A DNA stretch of 64,000 nt from Candidatus Bathyarchaeia archaeon (GTDB lineage Archaea; Thermoproteota; Bathyarchaeia; Bathyarchaeales; Bathycorpusculaceae): the NCBI GenBank assembly GCA_049970895.1, contig JBMFMB010000006.1:1-64000 (forward strand). The letters are read 5' to 3'. Under the pieces are notes generated by a model. It saw only the letters and a list, made by a program, of their open reading frames with translations. It was not told where the DNA came from and ran no database searches. Positions within the stretch are counted from its first letter, which is position 1, and each line of letters starts with the position of its first letter. Both the position numbers and the translations under genes were made by a program. This document shows positions 1 to 10,486 of the stretch, piece after piece.

Positions 1-138
1 TTCTTTTCACAAGGAGCTAAATGTAAAATTGAGGTTTGCAGCCATCTATGGTGTGTGGATAAAGAAAAGGTTTTTAGTTAAGTTGTTATATGAGTGTTCT
101 GCAAGTGTTTAGTTAGCGTAAAATGTGAGGTTGAGTTG

Positions 139-867
139 ATGTCGGTGTTTGCGGCCCCGGGAGCATATGATCGTGCCATAACCGTTTTCTCACCGGATGG
201 CAGGCTTTTCCAAGTTGAGTATGCCATGGAACTTGTTAATCGTGGAGCGACAATTTTGGGGATAAAGTGTTCTGAAGGTGTTGTTTTAGGGGCTGAGGAA
301 ACTGTTGAGCCCCTTGAGGAAACTGGTTCTTCGTGGAAGATTTTCAAGATTGATGAGCATATTGGCGCAGCAATAGTTGGCTTAAGCTCCGACGCGAGGG
401 TTTTGATAGACCAAGCGAGGATTTATGCTCAGAGTAATAGGCTAACTTATGATGAGCCCATAGACGTTGAGGTTGTGACCAAGCGCATATGCGACATACA
501 GCAGCTTTACACACAGCACGCCGGCGTCAGGCCCTTCGGCGTTTCACTCATATTCGGAGGAGTCGATAAAACTGGAAATCGCCTTTTCATAACGCATCCT
601 AGCGGGACGTATAAGGGGCATAAGGCTACTGCTGTTGGTGCTGGAAGAGAAACAGTGATGAACATTTTGAAGGAGGAGTACCGCGAGGACATGAGCCTTG
701 AAGACGCCATAAAGCTTGCAGTGAAGTGTTTGGTTAAGGCTCTTGAGGCTAGGCAACTTCCACCAAGGATAAAGATTGCTGTTATACCGTCGGCGACAAA
801 GAAGATGGAGATGCTCAGCGACGAGAAAGTTGAGGCTTATGTGAAGAAGTTTGTTTCAGGCAAGTGA
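139..867 (+). CDS. psmA: Proteasome subunit alpha
   Basis: YDRAITVFSPDGRLFQVEYA signature and RPFGVSL motif; ATG at 139 chosen over the longer ORF start. Confidence 0.97.
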   Translation: MSVFAAPGAYDRAITVFSPDGRLFQVEYAMELVNRGATILGIKCSEGVVLGAEETVEPLEETGSSWKIFKIDEHIGAAIVGLSSDARVLIDQARIYAQSNRLTYDEPIDVEVVTKRICDIQQLYTQHAGVRPFGVSLIFGGVDKTGNRLFITHPSGTYKGHKATAVGAGRETVMNILKEEYREDMSLEDAIKLAVKCLVKALEARQLPPRIKIAVIPSATKKMEMLSDEKVEAYVKKFVSGK

Positions 868-874
868 AGAGGGG

Positions 875-1564
875 ATGAGTGAAAAATACACAGTTGCACG
901 CATCACGAAGGATAACGAGCATTTTGAGGTTCTCGTTAAGCCAGATAAGGCGCTTGACTACCGCCTTGGCAAAATATCCTCAATAACCGACGTCCTAGTC
1001 GCAGAAACAATATTTTCAGATGCAAGCAAAGGAACAAAAGTTTCTGAAGAAGCCATACGCAAAGCCTTCGGGACAACAGATCCCCTAAAGGTGGCGGACA
1101 TAATCATAAAGAAGGGAACATTGCAGCTTACAACCGAACAGCGGAGAAAAATGATTGAAGAAAAGCGGAGGCAGATAATAGCCTTCATATCAAAACAGTG
1201 TGTAGACCCGAGGACGAATCTTCCACATCCACCGCTGAGGGTTGAGCAAGCCATGGAGCAAATCCACTATTCAATAGACCCCTTTAAGCCCACAGAGGAA
1301 CAGGCAAGAGAGGTAATAAAACTGTTAAGGCAGATTCTGCCCCTAAAAATGGAACAAGTCTCCGTCAGCGTACACATACCAGCCGAATACGCGGCAAGGG
1401 CCTATGGAACTCTAAAGGCCTTCGGAACGATAAAGCGTGAAGAATGGCGAGCCGACGGTTCATGGCATGGAGTCCTTGAAATGCCCGCCGGCCTTTACGG
1501 GCCATTCTTAGAGAAGATTGGAGAAGTGACTAAGGGAAACGCTGAGGCGAAAGTAATATCCTAA
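875..1564 (+). CDS. Ribosome maturation protein SBDS/Sdo1
   Basis: HFEVLV, IFSDASKG, QLTTEQRR and PHPPLRVE motifs; canonical position after psmA. Confidence 0.96.
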   Translation: MSEKYTVARITKDNEHFEVLVKPDKALDYRLGKISSITDVLVAETIFSDASKGTKVSEEAIRKAFGTTDPLKVADIIIKKGTLQLTTEQRRKMIEEKRRQIIAFISKQCVDPRTNLPHPPLRVEQAMEQIHYSIDPFKPTEEQAREVIKLLRQILPLKMEQVSVSVHIPAEYAARAYGTLKAFGTIKREEWRADGSWHGVLEMPAGLYGPFLEKIGEVTKGNAEAKVIS

Positions 1565-1593
1565 TTTATGGTTAAATTGTTGGATGTGTGTTT

Positions 1594-2295
1594 ATGCCGA
1601 CATTTTTTGAAAGGAGACAGATTGTGACTCCTGGCGACCTGCTTGCTGAGGGCGACTACATAGCTGGTGAAAACACGTATAAAGTGGATAACCGAATCTA
1701 CGCCGCGAGAGTTGGGCTTGTGGAGTATGAGGATAAGAAGGTAAGTGTTGTCGCGTTAAGGGCCTTCTACATTCCAAGGGTGGGCGATACGGTTATAGGA
1801 ACAGTGGTTGAGGTCGGATTCAGCGGATGGGTCGTCGATATAAATGCTCCATACCTGGCCATATTGAGGGCTTCAGACGTTCTTAATAGGCCATTCAAAC
1901 CGCAGAAAAACGATTTAACCGAGGTACTGGATGTTGGAGACCTTGTTGTTGCGAAAATAGTCTCCTATGACAGAACCCACAACCCGCAGTTAAGCGTGGA
2001 TGAACCCGGGCTTGGAAAAATCACCCGTGGGCAAATTGTGAAGATAACGCCTACAAAAATTCCCCGCGTTATCGGGAAGAAGGGTTCAATGATATCCATG
2101 ATAAAACAGGAGACCGGATGCCACATAATATTGGGGCATAATGGAATAATACTAATCACTGGGAAAAGCCTTGAAGATGAGGAGTTGGCGATGATGGCGA
2201 TCCACAAGATTGAGGAGGAATCCCATACAACTGGGTTAACGGACCGCATATCCCAGATGATTAAGAAGGAAAAGGAGAAGAGAGGAGGTAGTTAA
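1594..2295 (+). CDS. rrp4: Exosome RNA-binding protein Rrp4 (S1+KH)
   Basis: [16 protein letters not shown] and KH motif [10 protein letters not shown]; operon context. Confidence 0.96.
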   Translation: MPTFFERRQIVTPGDLLAEGDYIAGENTYKVDNRIYAARVGLVEYEDKKVSVVALRAFYIPRVGDTVIGTVVEVGFSGWVVDINAPYLAILRASDVLNRPFKPQKNDLTEVLDVGDLVVAKIVSYDRTHNPQLSVDEPGLGKITRGQIVKITPTKIPRVIGKKGSMISMIKQETGCHIILGHNGIILITGKSLEDEELAMMAIHKIEEESHTTGLTDRISQMIKKEKEKRGGS

Positions 2296-2296
2296 A

Positions 2297-3031
2297 ATGA
2301 GTCAAAAACCTGAAAAACTAATCGATAAGAAGGGTTTAAGGCTTGATGGAAGAAGGCCAGACGAGCTTAGGCCAATAAAGATTGAGGTTGGTGTTTTATC
2401 AAACGCTGATGGTTCAGCCTACATTGAACAAGGGAAAAACAAAATTTTGGCCGCAGTTTACGGTCCCAAAGAGCTGCATCCCAAACACTTGGCTTTACCA
2501 GACAGGATGGTTTTAAGATGCCGCTATCACATGGCACCATTCTCCGTTCAAGAACGCAAATCACCAGCCCCGTCCAGAAGAGAAATAGAATTGTCGAAGG
2601 TTATTAGGGAGGCTATTGAGCCGGCCATTTTCGTTGAATATTACCCGCGAACAGCCACGGACGTTTTTGTTGAAGTTTTGCAGGCTGATGGAAGCACAAG
2701 ATGCACAAGCATAACAGCCGCCTCATTGGCGTTGGCGGATGCTGGAATACCCATGCGCGACCTGGTGGTTGCATGCTCAGCTGGAAAGGTTGAGGACACC
2801 ATAGTCTTAGATTTGATGGATGTTGAGGATAAGGTTGGCTCAGCAGATGTGCCGGTGGCTTACATGCCGAATCTTGGCGTTATAACGCTTCTTCAGATGG
2901 ATGGAATTTTAACGCTTGAGGAGTTTGAGAAGGCTGTTAACCTCGCCATCGAGGGGTGCAAGAAAATTTACGCTATGCAGAAGGAAGCCTTAAAAGCAAA
3001 ATATGTAAGCGTTAAGGAGGTTGAAGAGTAA
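2297..3031 (+). CDS. rrp41: Exosome exonuclease Rrp41
   Basis: [24 protein letters not shown] and QADGSTR RNase PH motifs. Confidence 0.97.
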   Translation: MSQKPEKLIDKKGLRLDGRRPDELRPIKIEVGVLSNADGSAYIEQGKNKILAAVYGPKELHPKHLALPDRMVLRCRYHMAPFSVQERKSPAPSRREIELSKVIREAIEPAIFVEYYPRTATDVFVEVLQADGSTRCTSITAASLALADAGIPMRDLVVACSAGKVEDTIVLDLMDVEDKVGSADVPVAYMPNLGVITLLQMDGILTLEEFEKAVNLAIEGCKKIYAMQKEALKAKYVSVKEVEE

Positions 3032-3822
3032 TGTCAACAATAATTGTCCGCGTAAAACAGAAGCAAATTGCCCAATTAATCGCTAAGGGAAAGAGGCTTG
3101 ACGGAAGAGGCCTAACCGACTATAGAGAGATAAAAGTGGAGCAGGGAATAATTGAAAAGGCCGAGGGTTCCGCAAGGGTTCTCCTTGGAAAAACAGAGGT
3201 TATGGTTGGGGTTAAAATTGAAACTGGGGAGCCCTTTCCAGACACGCCTAATGAAGGGGTCTTAACGGTAAATGCTGAACTTGTGCCTTTAGCGTCGCCA
3301 ACTTTTGAGCCAGGACCACCAGATGAAAATTCAATAGAGTTGGCAAGGGTTGTCGACAGGGGAATAAGGGAGTCAAAAGCTATAGACTTGGAAAAGCTCT
3401 GCATAACACCGGGTAAAAAGGTCTTCGTTATTTTTGTGGATATTTACGTGCTTAACCATGATGGAAACCTAATTGATGCATCGTCGTTGGCTGCTATGGC
3501 TGCACTGCTTAACACAAAAATGTTTAACTACGAAATTGAGGAAGGCGAAATAAAAATTAAGCCTGGATATGTTTCGCTTCCGGTTAGGAGGCATCCGGTG
3601 TCGGTTACTTTTGCAAAGATAAATGATAGGCTTGTTGTGGATCCTTGGCTTGAAGAGGAGCAGATAATGGATGCGAGATTGACCATAACGGTAGATGATG
3701 ACGGCAACATATGCGCGGTCCAGAAGGGTGGAAGCGGTTACTTCACGCCTAAACAGGTTTTTGAGGCTGTCCAGATCGCCAAAGAAAAAGCTGCAGAAGT
3801 TAGGAAGAAGCTAGGGTGGTGA
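3031..3822 (+). CDS. rrp42: Exosome component Rrp42
   Basis: RLDGR, AEGSARV, PFPDTP, FEPGPP and HDGN motifs. Confidence 0.97.
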   Translation: MSTIIVRVKQKQIAQLIAKGKRLDGRGLTDYREIKVEQGIIEKAEGSARVLLGKTEVMVGVKIETGEPFPDTPNEGVLTVNAELVPLASPTFEPGPPDENSIELARVVDRGIRESKAIDLEKLCITPGKKVFVIFVDIYVLNHDGNLIDASSLAAMAALLNTKMFNYEIEEGEIKIKPGYVSLPVRRHPVSVTFAKINDRLVVDPWLEEEQIMDARLTITVDDDGNICAVQKGGSGYFTPKQVFEAVQIAKEKAAEVRKKLGW

Positions 3823-3829
3823 AAAGGGG

Positions 3830-4132
3830 ATGGGGAAGAGAACAAAGAAGGTTGGCCCAACAAGAGGATTAGGAGCCAGATACGGAGCCACCGTTAGAAA
3901 GCGCTACATAAAGATAGTTACAGAGATGAAGAAGAATCACAAGTGTCCTCAATGTGGACTTCCAAGAGTAAAGCGGGTGAGCGTGGGCGTCTGGAAGTGC
4001 AGAAAATGTGGCTACACATTTACTGGCGGAGCCTACACTCCATCAACAAAGCTTGGCATTGTAGCTAAACGTGTTGCTAAGGGTGCTCCGGTTGAAGAGG
4101 TTGAGGCTTCAGCAGCAACTGAAGAAGAATAG
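3830..4132 (+). CDS. rpl37ae: 50S ribosomal protein L37Ae (eL43)
   Basis: RTKKVG...RYG and zinc ribbon CPQC...GVWKCRKC...GGAY. Confidence 0.96.
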   Translation: MGKRTKKVGPTRGLGARYGATVRKRYIKIVTEMKKNHKCPQCGLPRVKRVSVGVWKCRKCGYTFTGGAYTPSTKLGIVAKRVAKGAPVEEVEASAATEEE

Positions 4133-4141
4133 GATGAAATC

Positions 4142-4705
4142 TTGATACTTCTAACAACTTCGCGGAGACCAACAAAGGGCATAAGAACCTTCTGCAAAGA
4201 TTTGTCGCATACAATTCCAAACATTTTAAGGATAAACCGTGGAAAACTAAGCCTTGAAGGCGTAGCAGCGAAAGCCCTTGAGCTTAGCGCGGAAAAGGTT
4301 GTTATTGTTGACCGGTGGAAGGGTGGACCCGGAAAAATAGAGCTTTACCACGTGGATGGAAAACTGCAGCCAACACCGCCAATAATATACTTAAGGGGTG
4401 TGAAACTTCGCAGAGAACTTCAAACAATGCCGAGAGGGAGAAGGATAAAGTCTGTTGCTATTGCAGCTTCGCCGAAGCCATCCCAAGAGGTTAGTAGGCT
4501 TGAAAAAGCCTTTTCAGATTTCTTTGACATTCCAATAGTTTCCAGCGAAGACGAGTATAGGGGCTATGGTGCCATAATGCAAATCGCCACCAATCCGGCT
4601 GGAGAAATTGTAGCAACTTTTAGGCTTCTTCCGGAAAATGTGGAAGCAGGTCCAAGGATGAGGATATCCCATTTAATATGGGACTTGGCGGTTCATGAAG
4701 GCTAA
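4142..4705 (+). CDS. Brix-domain (Imp4-like) ribosome biogenesis protein
   Basis: LTTSRRPT...RTF...INRGK motif; superoperon position. Confidence 0.9.
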   Translation: MILLTTSRRPTKGIRTFCKDLSHTIPNILRINRGKLSLEGVAAKALELSAEKVVIVDRWKGGPGKIELYHVDGKLQPTPPIIYLRGVKLRRELQTMPRGRRIKSVAIAASPKPSQEVSRLEKAFSDFFDIPIVSSEDEYRGYGAIMQIATNPAGEIVATFRLLPENVEAGPRMRISHLIWDLAVHEG

Positions 4706-4949
4706 AGCTTTTGTCCGCTTAAAACTTCCTTCAAGGAGGGTTTTGGAAATAGTTTATGGGGCGCTTATGCCGGAGGCAGCCAAACCAGCAACAACCCGTT
4801 CTAAGGCGGATTTAAAAATTGAAGATGCCTTTCTGGTTTTGGTTGTTGAGGCTAGGGATACTGTGGCTTTGCGGGCAGCCTTAAACGCCTACTTAAGGTG
4901 GATTTCAGCCGTTTGTAATGTCCTTTCCCTTTTGGATAAGCTTGGCTAA
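4695..4949 (+). CDS. pcc1: KEOPS complex subunit Pcc1
   Basis: Small protein with ARDTVALRAALNAYLRW motif following the Brix gene. Confidence 0.9.
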   Translation: MKAKAFVRLKLPSRRVLEIVYGALMPEAAKPATTRSKADLKIEDAFLVLVVEARDTVALRAALNAYLRWISAVCNVLSLLDKLG

Positions 4950-4962
4950 AACCTTTCAGCAT

Positions 4963-6042
4963 TCAGCGTTCTCTTTTGCCCTTAATGTATTCTTCCACCC
5001 ATTCTTTCGCTGTGGGGTCTGGGACCTGCACTGGCGGGTGTTTGAAGGCGTAGGATGATATGCTTATTAATGGTCCGGCTATTTTTCTATCTAATGCCAG
5101 TTTTACAGCCCTTATTACGTCTATTACTACTCCTGCGCTGTTTGGCGAGTCTTCCACTTCAAGTTTGACGGTTATTGTTAGGGGTCTGTCTCCGAATTTT
5201 CTCCCCTTAAGCCATATGTAGCATATCTTTTTGTTCCCTAGGAATGGCACGTAGTCTGATGGTCCTATGCGGGTTGGCACATCGTAGGGCACTAGGCTTT
5301 TAACGGCTTCTGTTTTGCTTATGCGTTTTGTTTTTAGGCGTTCTTCAACTGTCATGTTTAGGAAGTCTGTGTCTCCGCCTAAGTTCAGCTGGTACGTTTC
5401 GTCTACAATTACACCTCTGTCTACGCATAATTGGACAAGGTTTCTGTGGAGTATGGTTGCGCCAAGCTGGCTTTTAATGTCGTCGCCGGCCACTGGTAGT
5501 CCTCGCTCCTCAAATTTGCGGCTCCATGCTGGATCTGAAGCTATAAACTCTGGTATGCAGTTTATGAAGGCGCATCCAGCGTCTAAAGCGGCTTGGGCGT
5601 AAAAGCGTGTAGCGTTGTGGCTTCCAACAGGCAAGTAGTTGATGAGGATTTCTGCATCAGCCTCTTTTAGGACACTTGCAACGTCTGCTGGCTTAACCTC
5701 TTTTTCGCTATACACGCTGAAGGGTTCTCTCATGTGTTTTGCAACTCCGTCTAGAACTGGTCCAGGTGAGACTTTCACGCCTAATGGTGGCACGTTTGCG
5801 AATTTGGCGCAGCAGTTTGGCTCTGTGAAGATGGCTTCAGCCAAGTCCTTTCCAATTTTGTTTTTATTCACATCAAAGGCTGCAACGAACTTTATGTCTC
5901 TAACATGGTATCCGCCGAAATTCACGTGCATTAGTCCCGGGACTGTTTCGCCTTCCTTTGCATTCTTGTAGTATTCTACTCCTTGGATTAGGGCTGATGC
6001 CGAATTGCCAACGCCAACCAATGCTACGCGGATTTCAGTCAA
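4963..6042 (-). CDS. ino1: myo-inositol-1-phosphate synthase
   Basis: GVGNSAS, NYLPVGS, GDDIKSQ, QLNLGGDTDF and VEDSPNSAG motifs. Confidence 0.95.
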   Translation of the reverse strand: MTEIRVALVGVGNSASALIQGVEYYKNAKEGETVPGLMHVNFGGYHVRDIKFVAAFDVNKNKIGKDLAEAIFTEPNCCAKFANVPPLGVKVSPGPVLDGVAKHMREPFSVYSEKEVKPADVASVLKEADAEILINYLPVGSHNATRFYAQAALDAGCAFINCIPEFIASDPAWSRKFEERGLPVAGDDIKSQLGATILHRNLVQLCVDRGVIVDETYQLNLGGDTDFLNMTVEERLKTKRISKTEAVKSLVPYDVPTRIGPSDYVPFLGNKKICYIWLKGRKFGDRPLTITVKLEVEDSPNSAGVVIDVIRAVKLALDRKIAGPLISISSYAFKHPPVQVPDPTAKEWVEEYIKGKRER

Positions 6043-6165
6043 GCTTTGCTCTCCCTTTCGTGTTTTGCGTTGAATGGGTTTTAGCTTTTGCTCTCTATAA
6101 CCTTTCTGGTTTATGGCAAGATTAAAAGGGAACCTTCAACAAAACTATCAAAAAGGCGAAATGTT

Positions 6166-6540
6166 ATGGCTGAGGCTGAAGTAGACGTCAAATTTGAACC
6201 CTTCAAAGAAATAGTCATTATGGAACGCAACTTCTTCGCATCACCGGAAGACATTGCAAGGTTCGCATCCATAATAGCTGGCGGAAAAACGGCTGGCTTA
6301 TACTGGGCTGAAGGCGTCGTATTCCTATACTTCCCCCTTCCAGCAACAACGGAAACCGCTGCGAAGGCACTTGTCGAAAATAAGAGGGTTTACTGGACTT
6401 TTGTTGGGTACGCACTTATGCCAAAATACCAGCCGCTAATCGAGACTAGGGAGAAAATAATTGTTCCAGTTATAGATATGTCGTCGAACCCCATGTTCCG
6501 GAAGGTTGCAAACTGGCTGAAAGAGCAGAGAAAAACATAA
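6166..6540 (+). CDS. Conserved archaeal hypothetical protein
   Basis: Clean ORF with LYWAEGVVF and IVPVID motifs, divergent from ino1; function unknown. Confidence 0.7.
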   Translation: MAEAEVDVKFEPFKEIVIMERNFFASPEDIARFASIIAGGKTAGLYWAEGVVFLYFPLPATTETAAKALVENKRVYWTFVGYALMPKYQPLIETREKIIVPVIDMSSNPMFRKVANWLKEQRKT

Positions 6541-6560
6541 AGTCCAAAAGCTGGAGCAAA

Positions 6561-6986
6561 ATGTCCTCGACCAGAGAAAACAAGGAGCTAACAAAAATAG
6601 TTCACGTGAAGGGTAAAATCTTCTCCGGCTCTGGAAAAGGCACATATTTCACTGCGCTCCCTTGGGTTAGAAGGCAGATGAGGGAAAAGCTTGGCTTTGA
6701 GCCTCATCCAGGGACGCTTAATGTGAGATTGGCTGGAGAGTCCGTGGAGGTTAGGAAGCTTTTGGAAAATTCAAAAGCCTTGAAGATTTCGCCGGAACCC
6801 GGATACTGTGGTGGGAAGTGTTTTAAAGCATGTATTGGGAGGCAAAACGTGGCGTGCGCTGTTGTTTTGCCGTGTGTCGAAAATTATCCGATGGATGTTT
6901 TGGAAGTTGTCGCGTCTTCAAATTTGAGGGGAATGTTGAAGCTTAAAGACGGGGACGAGGTGGAAGTTAGGATAGTTCTTGAATAG
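6561..6986 (+). CDS. ribK: CTP-dependent riboflavin kinase
   Basis: GKIFSGSGKG, LGFEPHPGTLN and EVVASSNLR...LKDGD motifs; no N-terminal HTH. Confidence 0.92.
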   Translation: MSSTRENKELTKIVHVKGKIFSGSGKGTYFTALPWVRRQMREKLGFEPHPGTLNVRLAGESVEVRKLLENSKALKISPEPGYCGGKCFKACIGRQNVACAVVLPCVENYPMDVLEVVASSNLRGMLKLKDGDEVEVRIVLE

Positions 6987-6992
6987 GGCTCG

Positions 6993-8495
6993 TTAAGCTT
7001 GTTTGCGTTTTTCTTTGAAGAAGTTTCGTAGATATTCTTTAAGATAGCCCTTCTTCTTCAAGTATAGTCCATATTTTGCGAGGGCGCTCATGGCTCTAGC
7101 TGCATCCTCTGGGGAGGAGTATGCTGGGATTCCAAGCTTCTCGAATCTTGAGCGTATGTGCAGTGCCATTTCGGTTTCTCCAATGTCGCATGCAACTATG
7201 GGCTTTTCATATTTGCTGGCAACTTTCGCCACTCTGTCTATGTAGTCTTCTTGCAGTGCTGGCGTGTGGTGCAGTCCAAGGAGCAATATTCCGTGAATTT
7301 CCGGGTCTTGGAAAGCTATGTCTGCGGCTAACTCAAACATTTCTGATGTAGCAGAGCCAGTCACGTCCACGGGGTTAAGGTTTGTTGCAAACTTTGGCAG
7401 TTTTCCCTCCCGCTTAAGCTTTTCAAACTTCTGGAGGGTTTTCTCTGAGAAACGCTTAACCACTAGCCCTTGTGTTTCGCATTCGTCAGCCGCCAAAATT
7501 CCGGGACCACCAGCATCGGTTATTATTGCCACATTTTTTCCAGCGGCTGGCGGTTGCATTACCAAGGCTTTTGCCGCGTCGAAAAATTCTTCCATGTCCC
7601 TAACCCTTAGGATTCCGGTTTGGGCAAAGGCGGCGTTATAAATTTGGTCTGAGCCAGCCATGGCGCCTGTGTGGGATGCTGCTGCTCTTGCTCCGGCTTC
7701 TGTTTTTCCGGCTTTGAGGGCGATTACAGGCTTTTTTCTTGTAACTTTTGAGGCCGCCTCTATGAAGGCTCTCCCATTCTTGATGTCTTCAACATATAAC
7801 AGTATCACTTTGGTTTCGTCATCATGGTATAAGTAGTGGAGTATTTCGGCTTCGTCCACATCGCTTTTGTTTCCAAAACTTACAAATTTACTTACGCCTA
7901 TCTGCCTTCCAGCCAAATAGTCTAAAGCTGCCACTCCGAAGGCTCCGCTTTGGGTTACTACGGCTATGTTCCCCCTCATGGGCCTGGGAGTTGCAACAAC
8001 CTCTTCGCCGGTTGTCAAAACCTTTGTTTCTGGCAGGAAGAGCATGTCAACGCCCGTCTTGGAGTCATAAACTCCAAGGCAGTTTGGTCCAAGAACCCTT
8101 ATCCCAGCCTTTTTGGCGATTTCAACAACCCTCTTTTCCAATTCGTGGTTTCCGATTTCCCCAAAACCTGAACTAATTATGACGACAGCCTTAACCTTCT
8201 TTGCTGCGGCGTCCTCCATGATTTCTGGGACTATTTCTGCTGGGACAACTATTACGGCGAGTTCAAGCTCCCCCAGAATTTTCGTCAATTTTGGATGGCA
8301 TTGGAAGCCTAAAATGTAGTCTTCATGAGGGTTTACGGGATAAATTTCCCCCTTAAAAATTCCTCTTCTCTTGTTTTCAACAAAATTTTTGAATATGACG
8401 TGTCCAGCCTTGTTTATCTTTTTAGTGGCGCCAACAACAGCCACAGACCTAGGATTAAAAAAGGCGTCAAGCTGTTTAATAGAAGCCTCCAACAC
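6993..8495 (-). CDS. acdA: Acetate/acyl-CoA ligase (ADP-forming) alpha subunit
   Basis: PRSVAVVGA CoA-binding domain, GPNCLG, QSGA, phospho-His motif SHTGA and NPVD. Confidence 0.92.
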   Translation of the reverse strand: MLEASIKQLDAFFNPRSVAVVGATKKINKAGHVIFKNFVENKRRGIFKGEIYPVNPHEDYILGFQCHPKLTKILGELELAVIVVPAEIVPEIMEDAAAKKVKAVVIISSGFGEIGNHELEKRVVEIAKKAGIRVLGPNCLGVYDSKTGVDMLFLPETKVLTTGEEVVATPRPMRGNIAVVTQSGAFGVAALDYLAGRQIGVSKFVSFGNKSDVDEAEILHYLYHDDETKVILLYVEDIKNGRAFIEAASKVTRKKPVIALKAGKTEAGARAAASHTGAMAGSDQIYNAAFAQTGILRVRDMEEFFDAAKALVMQPPAAGKNVAIITDAGGPGILAADECETQGLVVKRFSEKTLQKFEKLKREGKLPKFATNLNPVDVTGSATSEMFELAADIAFQDPEIHGILLLGLHHTPALQEDYIDRVAKVASKYEKPIVACDIGETEMALHIRSRFEKLGIPAYSSPEDAARAMSALAKYGLYLKKKGYLKEYLRNFFKEKRKQA

Positions 8496-8629
8496 AATTC
8501 CACCTTTCTCAATGATGATTAGCGGCTTTCTTTTGCTGTTTATCCCTCAACATTTATTTCCTTTTCCCTCTCAAGAAGTTGAACACAAATGGCTTTCTAG
8601 TCATATTTGTGCTTGCGAAAAGCGCGCGC

Positions 8630-9025
8630 GCCTCAATGCTTGCCAACCTTCCCAAAAAATCCATGAAAGTCTTCACATACAAAAATAAGTTCTACCTTAG
8701 AAAAAGCTTTAACAAACAAAGGAAAAGGGTGGCTCATAAGCTTGGAAACCCAAGGTTGTTGCAAATAACCTTTCATACATTTCGGCATTGGAAAGCTACA
8801 ATGGAATACTATAAAACCAAAGACATCCTTCACGTAATGCAACTGCTTGGACACAAAAACATAAAAAACACGTTAATCTACACCCAACTCGTCAAAAATA
8901 TAAGCGACGACGAATACGTATGCAAAGCTGCAAAAACTCTAGAGGAAGCAAAGAAACTTATTGAGGCTGGCTTCGAATACATTTGCGAAATGGAAGGCTA
9001 TAAACTCTTCAGGAAAAGAAAATAA
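8630..9025 (+). pseudogene. 5'-truncated tyrosine recombinase/integrase fragment
   Basis: HTFRH, LLGH and TLIY catalytic motifs are present, but the N-terminal domain and the first catalytic Arg/Lys are missing. Ends 24 bp before tRNA-Pro. 5' boundary approximate. Confidence 0.85.
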
Positions 9026-9049
9026 ATTGGGGTACTCAACTATTCCTGT

Positions 9050-9128
9050 GGGGTAGTCGTCTAGCTTGGTCTAGGATACCAGCCTGGGGCGCTGGCGATC
9101 CTGGGTTCAAATCCCAGCTACCCCACCA
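9050..9128 (+). tRNA. tRNA-Pro(GGG), CCA encoded
   Basis: Acceptor stem GGGGTAG/CTACCCC, anticodon arm CCAGC-CTGGGGC-GCTGG, T arm CTGGG-TTCAAAT-CCCAG. Confidence 0.97.
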
Positions 9129-9284
9129 CTATTTTGATGACTATTTAAAAACTAATTCGATGCTTTGAAACCTCTCATATTACAATAACAGTTTGCTTAT
9201 TTCCCTTTCGGAATATTGTGGAAAACGTAATTATGCGTAAAGCAAAAAAGCCAAACCATTAATTTAGGATCGGAGACTTGCAGT

Positions 9285-10427
9285 ATGGATGATGTGCACG
9301 AAAGCGGTGCATCTGATTCTGATGGTAGGAGAATTAGTGTTTTCATACCTGTTTATAGGGATTCTGATTTGCTGGAGGAACTTCTTGAGGACTTGATCAA
9401 TGACCCCTACAGAAATAGGGAAATTTTTGTTACTATAGATGAGCCTACGGCTGAGACGTACAAAGTTGTTGAACGTTTTCGGGATAGGGTGCATTTTATT
9501 TTAAGCAGTCAAAGGAGGGGGAAGGTTGAGGCTTTAAACGATGCTGTTAAGGCTTCCAGTGGGGAAATTCTTGTCTTTCTGGACGCGGATGTTAAGATTG
9601 GCGAATGTAAGGATTTTTTGGGAACAATCGTCTCGGAGATGGAGGATACGGATATTCTTGACATAAAGAAGAAGATTGTTAAGGATTCTTTCATATCAAG
9701 AATGGTGAACTACGAGTTTGTAGGCTCAAACTTTTCAAGCCTCTTATGCTCAAAGCTTGTGCGGAAATGTTTTGCTGTTGGCGGCACAGCCTTTGCCATT
9801 AAAAGGGAAACCTTCGAGGAAGCGGGTGGATTCGCCAAGGTGATTTCAGAAGACTTGGACTTGGCTGCCAAAGCCTTCTTTCTAAATAAGCGATTCAAGT
9901 TTACTGATAAAGTTGAAGTTTATACAAGGGCTCCTTCAAAGTGGAGAAGCTGGCTGGCTCAGAGGAAGAGGTGGGGTATTGGAACGGGGATTTGGATTAA
10001 AACTCACGGAGGAAGGGTTGCCAAGTACATTGCGAGGTATCCATACATAGCTTTTCCATGCGCCCTCATGCTTTTCCCAACAGTCACCCTCATGCTTTTC
10101 AACTACATTTGCTCCCTTTTCCCAAATGCCCAGCTATTCAACCTCATCCCAAGAGCTTTAGCGTCCCAATTAAACCTTACAAGCGTGCCCATGCTTCCTC
10201 CTTCCATAACCTCCATATTGTTTACAGCGTCAACAAACTTCTTTTTGGGATTCATCGCCTTTTCAATAATTTTTTACATCGCCTCAAAAAAGCTCAAATT
10301 CCAATTTAATATTGCCGAATTCATAACATATTATTTCTTTTATCAGCCTTTATCCTTCATTGTCCTCTTGGCTGGCATAATTGCTGGAATCCTCTTCAAG
10401 AATCACAAAATAGACTGGAAATTGTAG
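9285..10427 (+). CDS. Family 2 glycosyltransferase, processive type with C-terminal TM helices
   Basis: VFIPVY, GKVEALN, FLDAD, SED and QRKRW (QxxRW) motifs; hydrophobic C-terminus. Confidence 0.9.
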   Translation: MDDVHESGASDSDGRRISVFIPVYRDSDLLEELLEDLINDPYRNREIFVTIDEPTAETYKVVERFRDRVHFILSSQRRGKVEALNDAVKASSGEILVFLDADVKIGECKDFLGTIVSEMEDTDILDIKKKIVKDSFISRMVNYEFVGSNFSSLLCSKLVRKCFAVGGTAFAIKRETFEEAGGFAKVISEDLDLAAKAFFLNKRFKFTDKVEVYTRAPSKWRSWLAQRKRWGIGTGIWIKTHGGRVAKYIARYPYIAFPCALMLFPTVTLMLFNYICSLFPNAQLFNLIPRALASQLNLTSVPMLPPSITSILFTASTNFFLGFIAFSIIFYIASKKLKFQFNIAEFITYYFFYQPLSFIVLLAGIIAGILFKNHKIDWKL

Positions 10428-10486
10428 GCGTCGGCTAAACAGCAACTATTTTAAGGGTATTTGTAAACGTTTTCTGCGAGGTTTCG

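Noticed and set aside
8579-9128. Intact integrated virus or plasmid at tRNA-Pro
   Set aside because: The integrase is truncated, flanking genes are housekeeping, and no att duplication or cargo was found.
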